From NCBI GenBank assembly GCA_031082145.1, contig JAVHLP010000001.1, forward strand, positions 508,885-572,884: a stretch of 64,000 nt of DNA, written 5' to 3'. How positions within the stretch are numbered: the first letter of the stretch is position 1; every line of letters begins with the position of its first letter. Position numbers and translations under genes: made by a program. Source of the DNA: a bacterium (GTDB lineage: Bacteria > Bacillota > Sulfobacillia > UBA995). The notes under the pieces are model-generated. The model was not told where the DNA came from. It searched no databases and saw nothing but the letters and a program-made list of their open reading frames with translations. Positions 59,182 through 64,000 of the stretch are shown in pieces.

Positions 59182-60077
59182 GCGAACCACTGCTCCGACT
59201 CGAAGGGGTAACCCGCGATTTTCCGGGCTTCCGGCTGGATCGGGTCAGCTTCACGCTGGAGCCCGGCTATGTGATGGGGTTGGTGGGACCCAACGGAGCC
59301 GGCAAGACAACCACCATTAAGCTCATCCTGGGCCTGCTCCGGATGAGGGAGGGCACGATCACCGTGTTCGGCATGGATAGCAGGAAGGACTCCCTGGCCA
59401 TAAAGAGGCAGGTAGGCTACCTGGGGGAGAGAGTCGCATTGCCGGAAAGTGTGACCTCGCGGTGGGTGGCGTCCTTCCTGTCCCGCTGCTTCCCGGATTG
59501 GGACGACTCCCGGTTCGAGGGCTACCTCAACCGCTTCGGCGTCCCCCGGGATAAGCCGGTACGCGCCCTCTCCAAGGGGAATCGCACCAAGCTGGCCCTG
59601 GCCGCCGCTCTGGCCCACCGGCCCCGCTTGGTGATCCTGGATGAGCCCACCTCGGGGCTCGATCCGCTGATCCGTCACGAGGTGATCGAATCACTCCGGG
59701 ATGTGGTCGCCGGCGAGGACCGTTCGGTCCTCTTCTCTACCCACATCGTGTCTGACCTGGAGGCCATCGCCGATTTCGTCACCGTGATCAACGATGGGCG
59801 GGTTGTCGCCTCCGAGCCCCGGGATCGGCTCACCGAACGCTGGCGCCGGCTGACCTTCCGGGTGGAAGACGCGACCGGGAGGCCGGACGCCCGGCTCCTT
59901 GACGTGCGCCGCCAGGGGGCAACGGTGACGGCGGTCACCGGAGAATACGGTGTGGACCTCTTGCAGACCCTTCGCCAGGTGGCGACCGGCCCGGTGGAAG
60001 CGGCCGCCATGGGGCTGGAAGAGGTGTTCCGCTATCTCGTCGGGCGTAACCGCCCCAATGGAGTGGATGACCGTTGA
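59177..60077 (+). CDS. ABC transporter ATP-binding protein
   Basis: Walker A GPNGAGKTT, signature LSKGNRTKL, Walker B LVILDEP. GTGA overlap with the GntR stop. Confidence 0.85.
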
Positions 60078-60724
60078 TCTTCCAGACCTGGTCCGATCTC
60101 TCCCTGCAGCACCGCTCCTCGCTGGGGCTGGTGCCGCTGGCAGCGGTTCTCATGGCCGTCCTGGCGCTGGTTATGGGCGTCCATGAGGCTACCGCGTTCC
60201 CCGTTGTCCTGGTGAGCATGATGGCTTGGGGCGCCGGTCTGCGGGCCGCCTACGAGGACGACAAGGCGGATACCTGGACCTTCCTGCGGACCCTGCCCGT
60301 CCCTCCCGCCCAGGTGGTGGCTGCCCGCTACCTGTCAGGCTTCCTGCTCACCATCACCTTTGGCTTGACTATCGCCCTACCCCTGATCTTGCTGGGCGGG
60401 GGTGCCTGGCCGGCGGCCGGTGTGGGAACGGGAGCCGGCGTGGCCCTGACTGGCCTGTTCAACGCCGTGTACTACCGGTTCGGCTATCGTGCCGTGTCCA
60501 CCTGGTTCCGCTACGGCCTGCTGCTGGTTGCCCTGGGTGGCGTTCTGCTGGCGCGGCTGATCCTGCCCGGCGTGGATTGGCCCTTACTGCTTGGGGAAGT
60601 CGGCACCTGGCTGGCAGCCAACCCCGCACTCATGCCCTGGCTAGCGGGGGCGGGAGTTCTCGCCCTGTACACGACCTGCTGGGCCTATGCCACCTGGGCG
60701 TTTTGCCGTAAGGAACTACTGTGA
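60074..60724 (+). CDS. Membrane protein (putative ABC-2-type permease), paralog 1 of 3
   Basis: TTGA-coupled to the ATPase stop. 6-TM hydrophobic protein. Confidence 0.5.
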   Translation: MIFQTWSDLSLQHRSSLGLVPLAAVLMAVLALVMGVHEATAFPVVLVSMMAWGAGLRAAYEDDKADTWTFLRTLPVPPAQVVAARYLSGFLLTITFGLTIALPLILLGGGAWPAAGVGTGAGVALTGLFNAVYYRFGYRAVSTWFRYGLLLVALGGVLLARLILPGVDWPLLLGEVGTWLAANPALMPWLAGAGVLALYTTCWAYATWAFCRKELL

Positions 60725-60763
60725 GCTGGGAGTCCGGAGTGGCGGGAAGGGAGTCGGTGAAGG

Positions 60764-61429
60764 ATGCTGTGGCTGCTCTGGTTCGACCTGTCGGTACAGC
60801 ACCGGTCCCCGATCAAGCTGCTGCCGGTCCTGGCCCTGGTCACCAGCTTGCACTACTTGGGCGGCCCGGTGGAAGCCATCGCTTTTCCCGCCTTCTCAAT
60901 CGCCACCCTCGCCTGCTATACCGCACTGCGAGCGGCCCGAGAGGACGAACTGGCTGATGTCTGGACTCACCTGCGGGTGCTGCCCATCTCTCCGGTGCGG
61001 GCGGTGATCGCGCGTTATCTCTCGGTGCTCCTGTTGGTCCTGGCGGCCGGCCTGGCCGTGGCCGTACCCCTGATCCTCCTGGGCCGGCACACCTGGGCGA
61101 TCTCCGTGGCCGTGGGGGCAGGACTTGGCCTGACCCTGACCGCACTCATGAACGCCGTTTACTTCAGGTTTGGGTACCGTACGGCAGCCTCGGAGTTCCT
61201 CACCCTCCTAGGTCTTGGCGTATCGGCCGCCGGCCTTTGGCTGGTGCACCTGTCAGTGTCAGCAGGGCAGTCGCCAGAAGCCACCCTGTCTCCCGTCCTG
61301 CGGCAGGTCTGGGCCTGGACCGGATCCGGAGCGGCGGCCGGTCTCTTGCCGGCGGCGGCGATCGCCGCGCTGTACGTGGGGAGCTGCATCTACGCCGCGG
61401 CGACCTTCGCAGGGAAGGAACTGCTATAG
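60764..61429 (+). CDS. Membrane protein, paralog 2 of 3
   Basis: Collinear with paralog 1 (conserved ...AREDE/DDKAD.W.FLR.LP...NAVYYRFGYR... blocks). Confidence 0.5.
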   Translation: MLWLLWFDLSVQHRSPIKLLPVLALVTSLHYLGGPVEAIAFPAFSIATLACYTALRAAREDELADVWTHLRVLPISPVRAVIARYLSVLLLVLAAGLAVAVPLILLGRHTWAISVAVGAGLGLTLTALMNAVYFRFGYRTAASEFLTLLGLGVSAAGLWLVHLSVSAGQSPEATLSPVLRQVWAWTGSGAAAGLLPAAAIAALYVGSCIYAAATFAGKELL

Positions 61430-61443
61430 GGGAGGTGGGTGTC

Positions 61444-62097
61444 ATGCCGGTCGCCGCCGCCGGACGGGGGCATCGGCCGGGCTGCCGTCTCTTGGGGGTA
61501 ATGGGGTGGGAGCTCCTATTGTGCTACCCTCTGGCGGGCTTCCTTCCCGTTGTGGTCTTCGCGGTGGCCATCCTGGCCCTGATTCTGGGTCAAGCCGCCG
61601 ACCTGCCGGTCTTCTTTGTAGCCGTGCCGGCCTGGATGTTTGCCCGATCGGCGGCAGGCCAAGATGACCGGGCCGGCACCTGGGCCTTCACGCGGGCCCT
61701 GCCCGTCGCCCCGGCTCAGGTCGTAGCCGTCCGCTTCTTGGCCAGCCTGCTCGCCACCTTGGCGTTGGCCCTAGCCGTGGGGCTGCCGCTGGTTTGGCTG
61801 GGTGGGGGAACCTGGCCCGCGAACACCGGGATGGGATTCGCGGCCGGTGTCGCCCTGAGCAGCTTGTTCAACGCCGCCTACTACCGCTTCGGATATCGCT
61901 TCGCGGCGGCCCCGGCCCACTTCGCCTGGCTATCTCCCGCCGTATGGCTGCTTGGCCGTCTTTCGCTCTCCTCGCCCGCCCCAGAAGCAATGACCCTCGC
62001 CCGCGCCACTTCGACCTCCCTGATCGCGGCCGCAGTCGTCTGCGCGGCCGCCTGGGTGTACGCCTCGATGGTCTTCGCCGATAAGGACATAGCCTGA
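61444..62097 (+). CDS. Membrane protein, paralog 3 of 3
   Basis: ATG 61444 with GGGAGGTGGG RBS (alternative start at 61504). Shares the same conserved blocks. Confidence 0.45.
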   Translation: MPVAAAGRGHRPGCRLLGVMGWELLLCYPLAGFLPVVVFAVAILALILGQAADLPVFFVAVPAWMFARSAAGQDDRAGTWAFTRALPVAPAQVVAVRFLASLLATLALALAVGLPLVWLGGGTWPANTGMGFAAGVALSSLFNAAYYRFGYRFAAAPAHFAWLSPAVWLLGRLSLSSPAPEAMTLARATSTSLIAAAVVCAAAWVYASMVFADKDIA

Positions 62098-62147
62098 GCG
62101 GGGAAGGAGAAGCCCGGCGGGGGAGTAGAATGAAGGCCAGAGGTGAG

Positions 62148-62813
62148 CACATGCCCTCCCCTGTCACCGTCTTCGTCACCGCGTTCGTGGTTGGACTATC
62201 CGGCGCCCTGATGCCGGGCCCACTGACCGTTGTCGTCTTGCACGGAGCGATCACCTCCGGCCCACTGGCCGGCCCCCTGGCCACCCTGAGCCACGGCCTC
62301 CTCGAACTGGCCATGGTAGCCGCCTTGGTGGCCGGCATGAGCCGGGTGCTCCGGCGCCGGGGCGTCGCCGCAGCCCTGGCCCTCGTTGGCGGGCTGGTGC
62401 TGTTTTGGATGGGCTGGGGTATGGTGGCCACTGCGCCGGCGGCGGCGCTCCCCGCTTCCGGGGCGGCCGCCCCGGCCGGCGCGGGTCCCTTCGTGGCCGG
62501 TATCGCCGCCACCCTGGCCAATCCTTACTGGTTCTTGTGGTGGGCGACGGTGGGCGCATCCCAGTTGGCCTGGGCCCGTTCGGTGGGCAACCAGCTTGCC
62601 TTCTGGGGCGGGCACGTTCTGGCCGATCTGGCCTGGCTCACCCTGCTGGCGATTGCCGTCGCCGGCGGGCGCACCCTGCTCACCGACTCCACCTACCGGG
62701 GGGTGCTGTTTGGCCTGGGTGGAACGATCATGCTCCTGGGGGGCTACTTCCTGGTCAGCGCCGGCCGGCTCAGCCGGCCGGAACAGCGTCCCCGGTCCCG
62801 GCCAAGCGCCTGA
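62148..62813 (+). CDS. LysE/RhtB-family amino-acid exporter
   Basis: N-terminal ...GLSGALMPGPLT... LysE-type motif and 6 TM helices. ATG 62148 after GGTGA. Confidence 0.7.
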   Translation, partial: HMPSPVTVFVTAFVVGLSGALMPGPLTVVVLHGAITSGPLAGPLATLSHGLLELAMVAALVAGMSRVLRRRGVAAALALVGGLVLFWMGWGMVATAPAAALPASGAAAPAGAGPFVAGIAATLANPYWFLWWATVGASQLAWARSVGNQLAFWGGHVLADLAWLTLLAIAVAGGRTLLTDSTYRGVLFGLGGTIMLLGGYFLVSAGRLSRPEQRPRSRPSA

Positions 62814-63471
62814 GCTGGTCAAGGTGCTCCTGTTCGTGCTCCAGGCAGCGACGAAGCACTTTGCGGAGGCTCCAACCTGTCTGCCCCACGGCCGGCGGCG
62901 CCGGCGGGTGGGATAGCGCCTGAGCCGCCAGTTCGCAGGTCTGCCGCCTGATCGCGTCGAGAAAGGGGACGATCACCTCATCCCCGAGGAGCTGGTGCCA
63001 GTACCACATCTCGGCCTCGCCAATATGGGCCACTACCCGTCCTGGCGGCCAACCGGGGCCCGTCCACTTCTCGCTCGGGGTCTGAAGATGAGGGGATTCC
63101 GCTAACAGGCGCTTGAGTTCGTTTCGGGACTGCTCAAGGCGCCGCAACAACAGGGCCAGGTCGTCCCGGCTGACTTCGACCTGGTCCCCGGGCAGCATTG
63201 GCTCCCGCACCGTCGAGCGATCGAACCTGGCCACCACCTCCACCGCCGAGCCGGCCAGGACGGCCCAGCCCGCGGGGACCTCCTCGCCGGCGCTGATCAG
63301 CCACTTGAGGTAGGCCCGCACGGCTTCCGGCGTCTTGTGCAGCAGGGCAGCCTCGTCGTCGGCCTTGACCACACAGCCGGGAAGACCCACGACATGGCCC
63401 AGGAGCCTGGGGCGGCCCGACTTGGCGTCGTAGTTGGCTTCCAAGACAAGGCCGATCGTCCGTCCGGCCAT
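62770..63471 (-). CDS. Hypothetical protein with N-terminal HicB-like (UPF0150) domain and C-terminal DinB/DUF664-like helical domain
   Basis: N-terminal ...LLGHVVGLPGCVVKADDEAALLHKTPEAVRAYLKWL resembles the HicB antitoxin fold. C-terminal half has spaced His residues (HIGEAEMWYWHQL...HEQEHLDQL). Confidence 0.4.
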   Translation of the reverse strand: MAGRTIGLVLEANYDAKSGRPRLLGHVVGLPGCVVKADDEAALLHKTPEAVRAYLKWLISAGEEVPAGWAVLAGSAVEVVARFDRSTVREPMLPGDQVEVSRDDLALLLRRLEQSRNELKRLLAESPHLQTPSEKWTGPGWPPGRVVAHIGEAEMWYWHQLLGDEVIVPFLDAIRRQTCELAAQALSHPPAPPAVGQTGWSLRKVLRRCLEHEQEHLDQLRRLAGTGDAVPAG

Positions 63472-63605
63472 GGCTCACCACCCCCCTCCCGTCATTCGGC
63501 GGCGATGATAACTCACCTGCCCGGCGTCGTCCCCGGCCCGGGGTGAGCCTTCCGAGAAGGGATCCTCTCCCCTGCGGGGAAACCCGCTACCGGAGGGGAT
63601 GGACG

Positions 63606-64000
63606 GTGGCCGCGAGAGTGCGTTGGATAGCCCCCTTGGGGTTGCTGCTCTGGCTTGCCTGGTTCTTCAGAACGTGGTTCCATGACGTTCTGCTGTTCTT
63701 CTTCGCCCGGCCGGAGATCCTCCAGGGGACCCTGGCGGGTGTTATCTGTTGGCGTTTCCTGCTGCCACGCTGGAGTGCCCTCGCCCGGGTGCGGAAGATC
63801 ACGACCAGTACTGCGACCCCCGGCGGGGTCAGGCTAACGGAGATGCATTTCCGCTGGCTGCACTGGGCCGGCGGCTCGCTCACGGTGATCCTGATCCTCT
63901 TGTTCTCCCTCTTCGGTGGCTGGCTGCGAGCCGCCTACCTGGCCCGGACCCTGGAATACCACCGGATTGCCGGCTTACCGGAGTCGGTCGAGAACGTGCG
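63606..64000 (+). CDS. Membrane protein, N-terminal part (gene runs off the window end)
   Basis: Open frame from GTG 63606 (RBS GGAGGGG) to the window end with no stops. Two hydrophobic segments. Not in the ORF track because it has no stop within the window. Confidence 0.4.
   Translation, partial: MAARVRWIAPLGLLLWLAWFFRTWFHDVLLFFFARPEILQGTLAGVICWRFLLPRWSALARVRKITTSTATPGGVRLTEMHFRWLHWAGGSLTVILILLFSLFGGWLRAAYLARTLEYHRIAGLPESVENV

Noticed and set aside
1-64000. CRISPR arrays, tRNA/rRNA genes, IS elements/transposases/integrases
   Set aside because: I looked for spaced direct repeats, tRNA T-arm consensus (GGTTCGAAT-like), and transposase/integrase motifs in all ORFs. None was found. The only tandem repeat is the in-frame 6×30-nt coding repeat at 58341-58520. 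Gene density leaves no room for an rRNA operon.

Overview
This 64 kb window is very GC-rich (~70%) and densely coding. Ribosome-binding sites are of the GGAGG type, stop/start overlaps (ATGA, GTGA, TTGA) are frequent, and a T-box leader is present. Together these suggest a high-GC Gram-positive-type genome, possibly a Symbiobacterium- or Thermaerobacter-like Firmicute or an actinobacterium; this is inference only. I support 67 protein-coding features and no tRNA, rRNA, CRISPR array or recognisable transposase. Most long ORFs in the six-frame track are antisense shadows of real genes, which is an artefact of the GC content.

Content from start to end:
- Housekeeping: cysK (partial), glyA, a T-box-controlled proC, and a dGTPase.
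- A degraded MNT/HepT toxin-antitoxin pair.
- DNA-repair-flavoured genes: a YcaQ/AlkZ-like glycosylase, a DUF1848 protein with a Cys cluster, an AlkD-like protein, and a GNAT acetyltransferase.
- Two GntR + ABC ATPase + membrane-protein modules, one of them followed by three tandem paralogous permeases.
- A six-gene operon driven by an ECF sigma factor, with two ABC ATPases and a permease fused to an apparently inactive M1-peptidase-like domain.
- An orphan 4-hydroxybutyryl-CoA dehydratase (AbfD-like) and a dipeptide epimerase.
- A long minus-strand operon (about 26.1-36.5 kb): two tandem phytoene-desaturase-family flavoproteins, a 1448-aa fusion of two HgdC-type activase ATPases with an HgdB-like dehydratase domain, a lipoprotein, a patatin-like lipase and a CBS protein. 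This is my best candidate for an undescribed enzymatic system.
- A GCS2 ligase / Psd-like decarboxylase / NUDIX operon.
- Metal loci: an ArsR-permease-thioredoxin-ACR3 cluster, and CopZ-CopA-Trx-CueR.
- A TldD/PmbA pair.
- A WYL (YafY) regulator divergent from a secreted protein that carries six 30-nt tandem repeats and sits behind a strong promoter and a long leader.

All family assignments come from motif-level reading of the translations. None has been checked by a database search.
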